63,836 bases of DNA, filler included, from Choristocarpus tenellus KU-1152 (GCA_964200185.2; 10 parts of 10 records of this genome joined end to end with filler, not necessarily neighbours in it), one strand, 5' to 3'; positions 25,524 to 38,800 are shown, counted from the whole stretch's first letter. Translations and numbers: made by a program. The notes: generated from the sequence alone by a model not told the origin.

Positions 25524-28500
25524 ATGTCGGAGCCGGAACACCAAACTTCCTGTGGTGCAGGTCACTGTAAGCATGTCACCCTCGTAATTGGGTTATTGTT
25601 TATGGTTGGGGGAGGGTCAGAGGCCTTCACCCCCTCTAATGTCGTCGGTCGGACCAGTATTCTAGGAACTGGAAGGGGGAGGACAATTCTTTGCCGAAGG
25701 TTATGGGAAACATCCCTGAGATGTTCTGGTGATGGTGGGGGGAATGCATGCGATATTGACTCGTCCGATCTGTACGCAGAACTGAGGGAACGACTCCAGG
25801 TGGGGATGCGCTTCCTCACACAGCTTTGGACAGGTCCCTCATGAAAGTTTGATCAAATGGGGATGAATTATCGTTTCCATCGTTTGGCTCCAGTGCACTT
25901 CCCTCGTCTTTGTCTGAATCTCATTGAGCAATTAAAACGTTTGTTTGCGTATGGTTCAGAATCTACAAAGTGAGAGAGAAGGGTCAAGTTATCCGGATGA
26001 TGCGCAGGATCAGGATGACGACGACCTAAATGGTAACGAGGGTGAGGGGAGAGGGAAGGAAGATGTTTACTGTGGACAGGACATGAAAAGGGCGTACTAT
26101 GAGGCATTCTGGAAGGCGAGGTAAGAAATGACTTATCGCCCTAATCATGTTGATCCTACGTCTTCGATGGCGGACTGCGGTGCTCTCCTACCATCCACTC
26201 ATCTTACAAGGGCTATGCAGTTATTAGGTTGTTGCTGGTGTATGAATAAAAGCTGTATCTCGTCCATTGTCCTTCGTAACACCATCTGACTTTTTGAAAA
26301 GTTCATCTACCACTTATGGTCATATGGCGTTTTTTTTAGTAGTTTTGAAAAGCGCATTTTACTTGGAGATTGATAAATTGCCGTGCACTGGATACGTTTG
26401 GTCAATACAAGGAAAAAACTACCTCTCTGAGAGCCATACAGTTTTTCGTAACACTGCACTTCAGTATTTTCGTGTAGAAGATCGCCAACATGAAGTTGCA
26501 TTTGTGGCCTAATGCTCTACACACTTCTTAAACAGATATGGAGAACAGATCTTATATGCAAGAAGCGAGCCATTCTAGCCCCCCTATGACACTATTCCAT
26601 CCACTACTAACTTTGTTGCTGTATCCCCTTTCTCACGGGCATGACTTAGGAACCTTCGTAAGGACAGTGAGATCAAGGTCTCCCCTATGCCATTTGAGGC
26701 AGAAACAGGGACACCAGAAACTGACACAGAATCAAAAGAGACGGCGTCAGAAGCGAAGAAATCCACAACTGCAGGAGAGGCGGTAACAGAGGACGGCGTC
26801 AAGGCGATAGGTTTGTCTACTGAGACATCATTGTTGACGCCAGCAGCGAGGCGCTTGTTGTCCACCCTTCCAATCTTTGTTGATGCACCCCCGAAACCAG
26901 AGACGCAAGTGTCAGGTCTCACACAGATGTACTACATGGAGGAGCCAGAGGAGACTGTCACTGTTTCATCCTCAGCAATGTCAGCTGCAACAACCGTGCC
27001 TACGATTGCAGAAGCGGCCTGGATGAAGCAGGTAGAGATGGGGATGCCGCTTGGCATGAGCCAAATGTACTCGTTAGTGGAAGGAGAGGAATGGGAGCAG
27101 AAGGAGGATGGAGCGGCAGTGGCGGTTTCAGCCGGTTTACAGGATGAGAACCTAGTGGTTACTAAAGGCGCAAGGATGGGGAGAAGTGGCTCTTGGTTAG
27201 TGGGGATGGGTGTGCCACAAAATGTGGTCAAAGAGTTGCGTGAGGTGAGAAAGGCGCTTGGGTGGGCTGGGGGTGGAGGAGTATTGTTTATTCCTTTTTT
27301 TCTACAGAGGTGGCTATTTGTGATGGGTATTTGTAAATCCTGAAGTGTGGCACTTGTTGTAGAAGTACTTGAGATCAATTATCGGAGGGAGATCAATCTC
27401 CTTTTTCTAATTTGGGGCTGTGCATCGGAGCAAGGACAATTCAGCGGATTTGTTCTGGGCTTACTTTGTCAATTGATGAGTTTAATACACCCACATGATG
27501 TTGTGGAGTGTGCTATGAGGTGTGAGGCATAAAACCACTCAGTCCCAAAGATAATCCATGTTCTTGGTTGGGGAAGGGGGGTTTGTGACTAGGAGTTTTC
27601 ATGCTCTTGGTCTTCTACCATTCCTAGAATTATGGACTGTGTTTGTGGTGTCTCCAATGTGCTACCTGTGCTTTGGATGCCCTTGTCAATATCTAGCTGT
27701 TCAACATTGCTGTTACATGTTATCTTGAAACAGTTGATATTCCTCACTCGTTAGGAAATAGGAATGTATGGTGGTACCTGGGTGGAGTACCTCAAGAGCT
27801 GTTAAGGTACTCTGGGATTGGTAATTCTATGTAATTGATTTTGTGATTCAGTTGCATGAAATGACGACTTTGTGATAGATTCACTCTTGTTCACTATCAA
27901 TACACACTTTTTCACACTATACTTGAGTATTATTCCATTGGTGCACTTTTTCACACTATACTTGAGTATTATACCATTGGTACACTTATACTAGAGTATT
28001 ATACCATTGGTACACTTTTCACACTATACTAGAGTATTATACCATTGGTACACTTTTCACACTATACTAGAGTATTATACCATTGGTACACTTTTCCTGC
28101 TTGTTTTTCGTAAGCTAAATTTTAGTTACTATTTTTGTTACCCTTGAACTGATGTTTGAAAGGTGGAGCTAGAGCACGCACGCCTGGCTATGCTTGCTGT
28201 GATCTTTGCCACAGGCATGAGTATGGCTGGTGTGGTGGATGCTGCACATAGTGGCAATGGAGTGGCAGAGGTGACCTCGAACACCTATACCCATATACAC
28301 TAGTGTGTAGAGTAATGTAGGTGGTGTTGATACAAAAAGCTTTTTCTTATTTTTATGTCACATTAATTGGTCTCCTCAGCATCAGTGTGAACATTAGGCA
28401 GGATGGTTTTGATACTGTATTGGGAAGGCATTTCTTGTCACCCAGGGGGGGGGGGGGGGGGGGGAGGGGAGGACAGGCGGGGAGGAGGTAAAGAAATGGT

Positions 28501-28605
28501 TTTTTCACCAAAGTCAGAAAAACTTNNNNNNNNNNTGTTGTGTTTTTGTTGTGGTGTTATGTGGTGGTGTGTGTGGGGTGGTGGGGGGTTGGGCGAGGAG
28601 GGTGT

Positions 28606-28636
<31 letters not shown>

Positions 28637-30177
28637 GAGCAGGTACAGTAGGTAGTAGGTAGCAATGAGGTTTTCCAACAACCTGACAATCAGTACTGAA
28701 AATTTGATACCATGTTGTGCATTCACTACCTTGAGCGGAGAACTATCAGAACCCATGCTGAAGAGAGGAAGTTTTGTTTAGTTCAAGAAAAATATGTATA
28801 ATTATTCTGGTAAGAGTTTTTTTGTAGATAATTGCGTGATATCGAATGCCGAGGTGCGATCTTTCTTATCGGTGAGATGTTTTCCAATTGTTCCTATCCC
28901 TTTACATTTTGTTTTGGTATCTGTTTGAAACTGTTGATCTCCCCTTTCGAGACTTAAATTTTTTAACGTTAATCTTCTTGGTGTGACTGCTAAACCTGTG
29001 CTGACCCTCATCTCTGACTTTTGATCTTCTGCAGATACCCCAGATTTCCATTGCTCCCCTTGCCGCCCCCCCCTTTGCCCCACTTCTTCGTCTCTAGAAC
29101 TATTTAGCTCTTCTTTTTTGTGATGAATGAATTGAAGGAGCTTGTAGCCGAGGTCATGATGCACACCTTACTACGGCCTGTTGTGTTTGAAGCCTTAAAA
29201 GAGAAATGCTTTTGTCTGCGTTTATATATATATATATATATATATTTTTTTAAGGACTATTATTAAAAAAAAATTATACTCCTTTCCCCCTCCCCCCGTC
29301 TTACAACATTTAGAAAGAAAAATCTAGATATCTATCTATGCTAAGGACATGTCCATATATAATTTTTCTTTCTTCACTCCCATTTTTCAAGTTCCTCTCG
29401 ATTGACCAAATAAACGCCTTTCCGGAACTGTTATCAAGAACTGTTCACGTCCTCTTCTTACGCACTTGAGCTATTTTCAACTTCTCTCCTGTTCATTCGA
29501 TACACCTCGGGTTTCCCAGCTGGCGGAAGTTGCTCGTGCCCCCATTCTTCAACCCTGGGTGGCAGGTGTTATTCTTGTAGCAAAGGGTCTCACTGAGGGA
29601 GACGGACGCCTGGGGAAGGGAGCATTGGCCGGGTGGGCAGAGTCATCGCTCTGTGCAATCACAGAGGCTGGCTCCAGGGCCCTACGCCGTGTTAGTGGGG
29701 AGGAGGTACGTTTTTTTTCTTCTTTTGTAAAGTTTTTTTTTTTTAATGTGTACTCATACGGGGGGGCCTAATTTTTTTGTGCCAGTGAGTGTTGTTAAGG
29801 GATTGGTGTGCAGAGCCATTGGGGCGCTCTTTGATGCAGAACACTGTTGTTGGAATGTCATATCTGGCGGAACCCAACACAAACGCATGCAAGCTATTTG
29901 TTTTTGCCGAGTTCATTGCAAGGATAAAGCACGAATGAATCTGTTGTCAATTTTGATTTTGTTAAAATATGTGGATGTGACTTCTCTAATCCATTACTTG
30001 AACCCTCTTCCCCTGCTGCTACCATCTGCTTCCTCTTGTGTCGTGGTTTGTCTGATGTTGTAGTTGAGGAGATTCGCCCTGGACAGTGAAGTCAAGCATG
30101 GCCGTCTGGCCCTTGCTTCTGTGTTTGGAGTACTGGCCCAGCAAGGCCTTGCAGAGAGCGCACCATGGCTGACATGA
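25524..30177 (+). CDS. Divergent plastid-targeted light-harvesting complex (LHC/FCP superfamily) protein with long acidic N-terminal extension, ~479 aa; exons 25524-25799, 25960-26120, 26650-27244, 28163-28270, 29520-29705, 30064-30177
   Basis: Bipartite presequence (hydrophobic stretch then SEAF); helix 1 ELREVELEHARLAMLAV, helix 2 PWVAGVILVAKGLTEG, helix 3 SEVKHGRLALASVFGVLAQ; junctions GT-AG and in phase. A small gap at 28526 could hide sequence. Confidence 0.8.
27903..28097. repeat. Intronic minisatellite, ~38-39-bp unit x ~5
   Basis: Unit CACTTTTCACACTATACTAGAGTATTATACCATTGGTA, one copy internally deleted. Confidence 0.9.
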
Positions 30178-31353
30178 GAAGAATGGTTTCTCTTCTGATG
30201 CAGAAGGCGTTTTCTAGTGCGGTAGTATGTGCGGAGGCATTTTTATCTTCCACTTCATGAGAGGAGTGCATGTCCCGGGATAGGGAGTTTAATACTTGCT
30301 GAAGTATTGGAGGTTCTCATCATAGTCTCTGGTGGTGTCAAATCCATGATGTGATGTGATTTGATGATACCATGATGTGTATGCACGTTGGGCAAAATGT
30401 ACAAGGTAGGCCCCTCGATGCAGGGTTGATCAGTAAGCCACCTACTTTTGATAGAGGCAAGGAATAATCATCCCCAGGGTGTTCAGGGGTTTTCCATTCA
30501 ACGTTGAAGGCGTTGTGGACACATCCTGGTGTGGTGGCTCTGCCCATAGCAGTGTACATAGGTTTGAAGTGGATTGTTGGTTTTGGGTTGTACTACTGGT
30601 GTTAAGCACTTGCCACTATTTATGTGGTATTTCTGCTACCGGACAGGGCTTTCTCGCCCTCCTGCTCNNNNNNNNNNNNNNNNNNNNNNNNNNNNNNNNN
30701 NNNNNNNNNNNTTAATTAATTAANNNNNNNNNNNNNNNNNNNNNNNNNNNNNNNNNNNNNNNNNNNNGGTGGAAGTGGTGGGGTAGAACCGGGAGCTGTG
30801 AGCCCGCGGACCCCTACAAAATTTCGCCCTTCCCCACCCTCTTTACCTGCTTTCTCGCTGAGAAGTTGGCATCATGCAGTACTAGACCTCACCCTGATGT
30901 GACCTCCTAAAATGCAGTACTGTGTTCATTTAGACAAGGGAAAGTTTATCTCACGCATGTCCCTGAAGCAATACTGTTGTTGTCATGCCTAGCCTTTTTG
31001 GTTGTGCAATTTTCCATTTCCTTCTTTCTCCACACAGTAGTACCCACGCCCCTCCTGCAACCCTCCATACTTCAAACTCCTTTGATATAATTGCCGACCA
31101 ATACCCCCGTCATTTCTGTGTGCATGTTAGTTTTCTCTTACTTACAAGCAGGGATTGTCCCTGACCACTCTTCATCTACCCAACTACAGAGGAGGCATGA
31201 CACTGGATATGCAACTGCCATCCATATAGCAACGTGGTGAGTGGATGTTTGGACGAGTCAGTCCAGAGAAAGAATATAGGCTGATAGATGTGGTTGCTAA
31301 GATGGAGAGGTTTGTCACAGTAACACCCCGGTATAATTGTTTACTCCAGAGCA

Positions 31354-31611
31354 GAGTGAAAGTATCTTAGAGGGTAGAGCCGCGTCCATTTGGGGTCAAA
31401 ACCTAATTTGGCAATTTTGATATAATTTTGGTCATCGTGTTTGTTTGGAAGTGTCAATATCCACGTTCTGGACACTCATTTTCATATCGTATACATTTTA
31501 CCTACTCCGAAACATTTTGGAGTAGGTAAAATGTCATTTAAAACCCGTGAGAAGCCAAGCCCCGAATGAACAAACAGGGCTAAAATCGCACCCTCTGATA
31601 TAGTTTCACTC
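31354..31611 (-). mobile_element. MITE family 1 copy E with 3-bp TSD GCA
   Basis: GCA|GAGTGAAAGTATCTTAGAGGGTA...TTTCACTC|GCA; opposite orientation to copies A-D. Confidence 0.9.
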
Positions 31612-34600
31612 GCATGTGCTGCACTGTGACTGTTTGAACTAGAGAGGCATGGTATTTCATGTTTGTAACAGTGATACTTTGCAAGGAACCAAATCTTAGT
31701 TTCGTGTAGTGAAGAACAATGCATCTCAACGTATCTTCCACCCCTCCTTCCTGTTGGTCATTGATTAGTGTGTGTATGCACTATATGTGTCCAACTATAC
31801 GAAGGATATATGGTTAAACTGGTATTGCTTCCATATTGTACATTGACGTTTCTGCTGCAGGGAGAGAGCTCTAGACCTTAAATGTAGACCCCATAAGCTC
31901 CTGTCTTACCCATGTCACCTCTCCCTTGTGACTTCTCGAGTCCCTCTTCTCACTAACTCAACCACCCGATGACATCAAATTTCCACAATGCACAAAATGG
32001 TTGAAACTTAACCGACCACTGAGAAGTGTTTCGTATATTGTTGGACCTACTGTACTTAGACTTTAGTGGAATACCGTACGTAAGTTATCTCAGACTGAAA
32101 TAGACTAGAGTACCATGAGTGTAACGGCTGGCTGCTATTGGTGTGCTTCTTATGCCATCAGTCTGTGCTCCGCACATTGCCACACCATACCCTTGCACAT
32201 GTTGCGGTTGTGTGGTCTACCTTCCACATCTATTGAGAACTCATGAAGATAAAAGGGCGAGTTAACGCATTGGGGAAAAAACTTGGTGGCATCTTTATCT
32301 TCTCCATCTTGCCTATCCTAGTCTTCCTCCAAGTAAGTTTGAGATATTGATCATACCTATATGTCTACTCAACCTCCTCTCGTTGATCCCCTATCCTCCC
32401 TCCATGCATCCCTATGTACATATCCATGACAAAATCTGCCCCTTGATAATACTTCTAGGTATTACACACTGATTTTTGTTCCAATTCCTTCATTGTTCCA
32501 GCCCGACACGCTGTCCTTTAGTCACTCACTCTTGTGCACTTCGACCAGATAGTATGGCTCTCACTTTATGCACATACCTGCCAAAAAGCAGCTTAAGGAT
32601 CAGCCAAAAATAATGATGCCTCAAGGTCAAGGTGGGCTGCGCTTCTATGACCCCTCTTGCATTTCTATGTTTATGCACTCCAAATTAAACAGAATATGAT
32701 TCTTGTTCTGAATGACGACAATGCATATTATAATACGCCCAGGATTAATTGATTTATGATGTAATACATTCGGATATGCCATTTGAATCTCCATCATCCT
32801 GTGTTGAAGATTGGTCTATTGGTATGTTCTGTCTGATTTTCCAAGCAATGAGGATGCGTGCTCAAATATAGATAGCATTGTCATCTTCCTTGTACATGAA
32901 ATAATGGAGTCTACCACGTTCTTTGGTTCATGCAGTTCACCTCTCTACCTCCCGTATACTTCCATGGGTTATGTGACTTGTTGCAGACAAGGTGCGTGCT
33001 AAAGCTGACGAAAATGAGACAGCCCCATTCGATGACAAGTAACCAATGGAAAGGGTATCATACACTTGGCCAGAAGTGAATGAGGTGTCATGGACTAGCA
33101 CGGTGCCCTGCATGTCCTGAGGGATGATGATAATTCCATCTGCACACAGGGAGGGTGGGTGGAATGTGATGGGCTGAAGCAGCAAGTGGTGAGTGAAAGG
33201 ATCTCTCCTATATTGTTCTCCTCGATAAGGGCATCTTTCTCTATGTGTTACCCCTTAGTTGAAATATGCCTAGCGCCCTTACACACACAATTTGTACTCC
33301 CTAGTCTTCTTGCACGTCGCCCTCCATCTCTGTCCTTGTAAGCGGACTAACAACCCACCCTTGTGCTGAAACCTGCCTCCTGTACTCTCAATTTCCTATC
33401 CCCGCTGTATAGGTCTTCTTCCCCTAAGCAGAGGTCACTCATATCAACACTTCACCCACCCCAAATAAGCTGTACAGCAGACAAATCACGCTGTCACAGC
33501 ATGGTGAGTGGTCGGTCTACAAGCCTTATCATTTACCTGAACCTAAGAAGTCTACTGCGCACCTAAAAGCGCAAAAAGGATCGGTTTTGAGAACTTGGCG
33601 TTCTCTAATCCTAGAATGTAGTGGCTTGGAACGCAGAAGACATACATGTCGCAGTCATTCTGGTGTGTTGCTGTGTGCTTCACCATTTTTCTCCTCCTCC
33701 CCTCCTCCATACGTTCTGATGCCCGTGCCTTTGATAAATGACCCTTTCAGAAATCTTAGCGGTTAAGATGCGGGCCATTAACAAGATAATGCTGTACCAC
33801 TACAACTCTCTGGTCTTTCATGAGCAAGGTTGGAAAGGTACTTGCCTTGCACACTAAGATACCTCATAGGCACAGCAAGCAGGGGTGCTCCATCAATCTC
33901 AGGATCTGTCTCAAGCAGAGTGTGGTGAGCTAGGAGTGTTTACATGTATTGAGAGTACCAATTATCCATTTACAATCTCCTATTCTGAACAGTGTTGTCC
34001 ACCTACTCATTTTAGCTATGTGTCAACAGGTGCTTGGCAACCCGCCTGTGGCAACCCAGCTTATTTGCACAGTTTAAAACGTGCCAGATTCTTCAACCAC
34101 AGAACTCAGTGCGATGCCAAAGCTTCAAGTACGTTCCTTCCAAGATTAGACGATACTGCCATCCGTCTGCCCAGTATTTGTAGACTCCGTTTGGACCTTG
34201 GTATGCATCCTCATCAGGGCAATTTATCCAAATTAACCTCTATGTATCACATAAGGCATCCTGTAGACACTATTGCAAAGGACAGTCGATCTACCCTCTC
34301 TCCTTGGTTGGCTTGTAATATGAAATTTAATAACTTCGACTAGTGTGAAGGCCTTGTCTGGACTCAGATCAACCAAGATCAACCAATCCAAAAGATTTCC
34401 AACGCATTGTGTGCATGCAGGAAACCTCAATCAGTCTAAAATACAATCCCTGCCCTAGTAGCATGATTATTGCTCGGTGGCATGGTCGAACACGTCACCT
34501 CTCCACAGTCCACTACCAAATGACTTTTACAGTTTCCTGTTCACTAGCCAGCCCTGTCTGCAGTACATTGCCAGCTTGACTTACCTACTGTAATCATACA

Positions 34601-37600
34601 GCGACCTTTGTTTCCTTACTGTTTACCTGGTGGCAATATTCCTGCAACTAGTATATATATTACCCTAACACCTTCCGATGAGCAGCACAGCATTCAAGGA
34701 CTAGTGCGACATAATCCGAAACAGCTCCAACAGAATTCGGGTTTCAAAAAGTTAGGTAGAGTGCTCTTCATGAATGATAAATATAAAATGCAATGATTCC
34801 TTCCTTAACTCCTACCCTTTCTTTCGTTTCAAAGTACATTCCTCCAATATACTGCACTCTGGACTCAGCACATATTTAGCATCACTGTGTACTCAGTCGT
34901 GCGGAAGTGGTGTTTCAAACATTTGTGTATTTTTTCGGCAAGGTGCAGCCACTATTTTGTCCTAAATTGCACCACACAAGTGTCAGTTGTGAGGAGGCGA
35001 CATTCTAGCATGCGAGTCCATCACCTAATGTCCTTCAGCATTTGACGGGAGCTTTGCCTGGCACACCAGTAACCTGATCGTAACAGTAAGAAATACTTCG
35101 AAGTATTCTAAAGTATATAGTTGTGGCCATGATTCCATTCCTTACTAGGGTGCCCTGCTGACTATAGTGTTCACATAGGCCGTTGTTCGCTGACATGAGT
35201 TCCTCCTTTGATTGTCGAGTCTCATGCGTGCCCCAGAAGTTCATGGTGCTTTTATGTTTTATAATGCTTCAAAGTATATTATTTATTTACTTAAATTTTT
35301 GTTGCTAAACCACACCCACAATAGTCCCTTCGGTGGAACTCCAAGCAAGGTTGAGATTGGAAGTGAGGACGTGGTACACCTTCTTGTCCACCTGTAGATG
35401 TATAGAACAACTCTGTGCTACAGATGTCTAGAAGCATTCCCAAATCCTTTATCATTATCATTTTGAAGTTTCGAAGTCATATACATTGTGGAGGTCTGGA
35501 AATGCTCCTTTCTATAATGCACCTTATAATATGTCTAATGCACTGCAATAAAAGCCCAAATGAGTCCAGAGAGCTCCTCTTAACACAGACACTAGAAGTA
35601 TGACAACTTCACATGCAATACGATTGCGTACTTGCTACAGTAGGAGTTCAGGATATTAGGCTTCTCTCCAATATAACAGATGTTTGCGTTTTCTCTACTC
35701 TATCTCGACCACAATACCCCCCTCGCATATTAAACTCCACTCTTCCCCGTCCCTCCATACCTTCCTCATTTCCGTGGCCACCTGGGCTGATCCTTTATTC
35801 ACGGATAGAAATTGTCCAGGCTTTTCATACCCTGGAAAAGTAGTCCTCCTGAGCTGGAAGAAGGCATTCGTGATTGTACCATATCCTTCAGAGTGACTCC
35901 TGATGCAGAAACTTGGTGAGTAACAAGATTAAATTACCTTCTGTCTCAGGTCGAAATTCTTGGTACTTTTGGGAACGACTTGAGCAGAAAATGCTCAAAA
36001 TCGTATCTCGTAAGGTGGAGATAGAGGCTTGTGATCCTTGGCAGAATGAATGATGAATATGTTTCTGGTGGCAATCATCGAGAAACAAACAAGTGTCCAC
36101 AGGGCACTCAGCGCACCATATAACTAAGAGGTAGGACTGTAACATACTACTCCTGGAAGATCCAGTGCTCATACTAATTACTACTCCAGTATAATTCATT
36201 TGTTGGCGTGGATTGAAGGATCTTGGAAATTCCCAAATGTCCAATTCCCAACTCTTGACCTTGCACCTCGTTATCAATGTAGATTCCACGTTTTTTTCGG
36301 GGATGAATCCTGCATACCCTCGAATATATACTAGTGATGTGCATGATACTATTGTTGTAGTATTGTACGTATTGATAGTTACACTTCTTTACCATATGTG
36401 TTAATCGGAGAGACAAACGAGATATCTCTCGAGGTTCTTGATTTAGAAAATAGGACAAATGTTTCTTATTTACCCTAAGGTGTACACTATTCCCTGGCTC
36501 TCTCCACCCTCACCAGCCCCACCACAGGTGAAGTGTACTCCATGATGCCCCTGTGGGATGCAGTTGAAGGCAAACGTGGATACAAGGTACTGCAAATTTT
36601 GCCAAGTTCAATGGTGAAAGGCAAGGGGAAGAATCTTGTGAAAAGTAGAATGGGTTCCTTTATGACACAAAAATATCCTAGACATCTCCTCACCTTCCAG
36701 GATGATGGATTATTAACGCCTTAAATGCAATGTATGCAAGAGATAGATCAACACCCTCCTCTACCATCTGCATATGCCTGCAATAGGTCTCGTTTGGGGA
36801 GGCCTCGCTTGCTTGGGACTCAGGTTCGAGCTCAGTTCTCCACCAAAAAGAGAGGTGGCAGTAGAGCGTCGTAATGTGATCCTGCTCTTCCTGAACTCTG
36901 CCAACTATTGTCTTGCGTGGTGGAGTCCAAGATCCCAGCATGCATATGCATAGAAGCTTACGGTTTGGCGAGAATGTCGCTCACTGTTGGGGGCAGGCCT
37001 AGTCTGTTGAGTGCACTGCACCCCGTTCACTTGAAACATAGAATGTGGACAGTTGACAGCTGGTATAGCGGGGGATATTATGTTGACAGTGTGAGCGGAC
37101 CTTCTTCTCCTTGATAAGTGTGGCTTGGTACAGTTGTGGGGATTTGCCTGTAACTGGTGCGATTTATCCTGCCTTAACTTCTTTTCTCATTCTCTCTGGT
37201 TGTTTGGTTACATTGTTTGAAGTGGTAGGAACAGAACAGTGCTGTAAAGTTGCTTGAATTGGGCTAAGACCCTCAGGGACATCGTGCCTAGTTCACTACC
37301 TCACGACACAGTGAATGTTCTGGTGAATGTTGAAGCATTGTGTGTGATATTTTCCAGTCTGAACCTACTCGAAGGCTGGTCGGTACAATTGATTGGGGTG
37401 GTACAATATGGCTGATAGTGCAGTAGAGTTTCATCAATAAGATGAGCCCTACAGGTACATGTTAGGGTCACTGCCTCACGGTACTAGAGTGAAAGGACTA
37501 GTGGATATGAGGTATGGTGCGACAGTTCCTTTATCATAGTGAATACTTCAAAATTGGCATGAACTGCCTTGAAGTTGAGGATGGGGTCCTGTAAACATTG

Positions 37601-37856
37601 GGAGTCTATAAAGATGACACATGACTAGAGGGGACAGTGCTTGACTTACAGTGGGTGTGAACCTTGTCTGAAAAATTGTCAAATCGAATGCAGCACAGTG
37701 AACGGGGAGCACAGGTGTCAAGGAGAATCAATAGTATTCCCAAGCAGGGTTCCTCTTTCCCCATTGAATGTTAGTGAAGTAAACCCTTAAAAAAAGCAGA
37801 CAGTGCAGGAGGTGTGCCTGTTGGTGGTTTGCCCAGTTCCCACTTGATCGAGGTTT

Positions 37857-38800
37857 CTAGATTGATTGGGATGATGGAGGTGTTGAAATATTCCACACTG
37901 GACCCGCAGCTGTGTGCCTTGATAGAGGACATTCATCCACTTCGTGACCTATCCCTGTACATCTCATGCATTTTCCACCTTGATCTTCATCCTCTCCCAG
38001 TCTTGTTGAGGCATTAGTGTGCCGAGCCCGGTCAAGGTTGGGGCAGTCATTCTTTGTGTGACCATCTTTGCCACACATAAAACAGACTACGTGGCCCTTT
38101 CCTCGTCCCTTTCTACCAGCAGTACCCTTTCCCGCACTTGCAACCAAATTCCCAGCAGGCTTGGACATGTTGATAGCTTGCAGGTCTTTGTACCTCACAA
38201 CCACCATATCTTCTACTTCTTTCATTTTCTTGGTTTCCCCAAAGTCAACGAAGCTCTTGACTTGGGAGTAGTTCTCCCCAAGCTTGATAAGGATGGTAGC
38301 CACCTTACTTTCTTCCGCAATCACTTCAACCATGGACTCCAGCCTGTTTGTTAGCCTGGACAGTTTGGGAAAAGCCCTGGCGAAGGGTCCTTCCTGTCGT
38401 CAATCGGAAGTCGTTCAAATTCCTGTCGTACATGTCTTGCTTCCTGTCGGGTTTTGGTCATGAATGCCGCGTCGAGCGCGTGCCACCCAGCACTTGGGGA
38501 GCCAGGCGCGATAAACACATATAAAGCACGATCCTGAAGCATGATGAGCATGAGTTGTCAAGCTTTCTTGACCCGTGAAGTGGCCAGTTGTAGGTCATCA
38601 TCGCTTGTCATGATCGGAACAGGTGCCATCGAAGATACCGTAACTTGGTTTCCTTCATCGCTTGGTGAACTTGACGATTCGACGTCCACCGCCCATATGG
38701 GCCTCCACAGATAATGTCCGGGTCATGTAGAGCGGTCTCATAGTCGTGAACACCCAGTGTAGCTTAGACTCTCACTGCGAAAGCGTAAAAGTCCTCACCA
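37857..38800 (-). mobile_element. Degenerate LTR-retrotransposon gag (two CCHC zinc knuckles); decayed pol-like sequence may extend left toward ~31700
   Basis: CFMCGKDGHTKNDC and CMRCTGIGHEVDEC; upstream gag-like SPSAGWHALDAAFMTKTRQEARHVRQEFERL; broken by stops and frameshifts. Confidence 0.75.

Noticed and set aside
26584-27378. Long minus-strand ORFs 26584-26922 and 26932-27378
   Set aside because: Antisense shadows of the LHC-like exon 3.
27903-28097. CRISPR-like appearance of the 38-bp repeats
   Set aside because: Units are contiguous with no unique spacers, no cas genes, and lie in a eukaryotic intron.
28802-29164. 120-aa minus-strand ORF inside an LHC intron
   Set aside because: No ATG start, domain or splice support.
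31700-37800. Faint RT, RNase H and integrase-like peptide scraps downstream of the gag relic
   Set aside because: Too decayed to assign domains or LTR boundaries by eye; only the gag part is reported.
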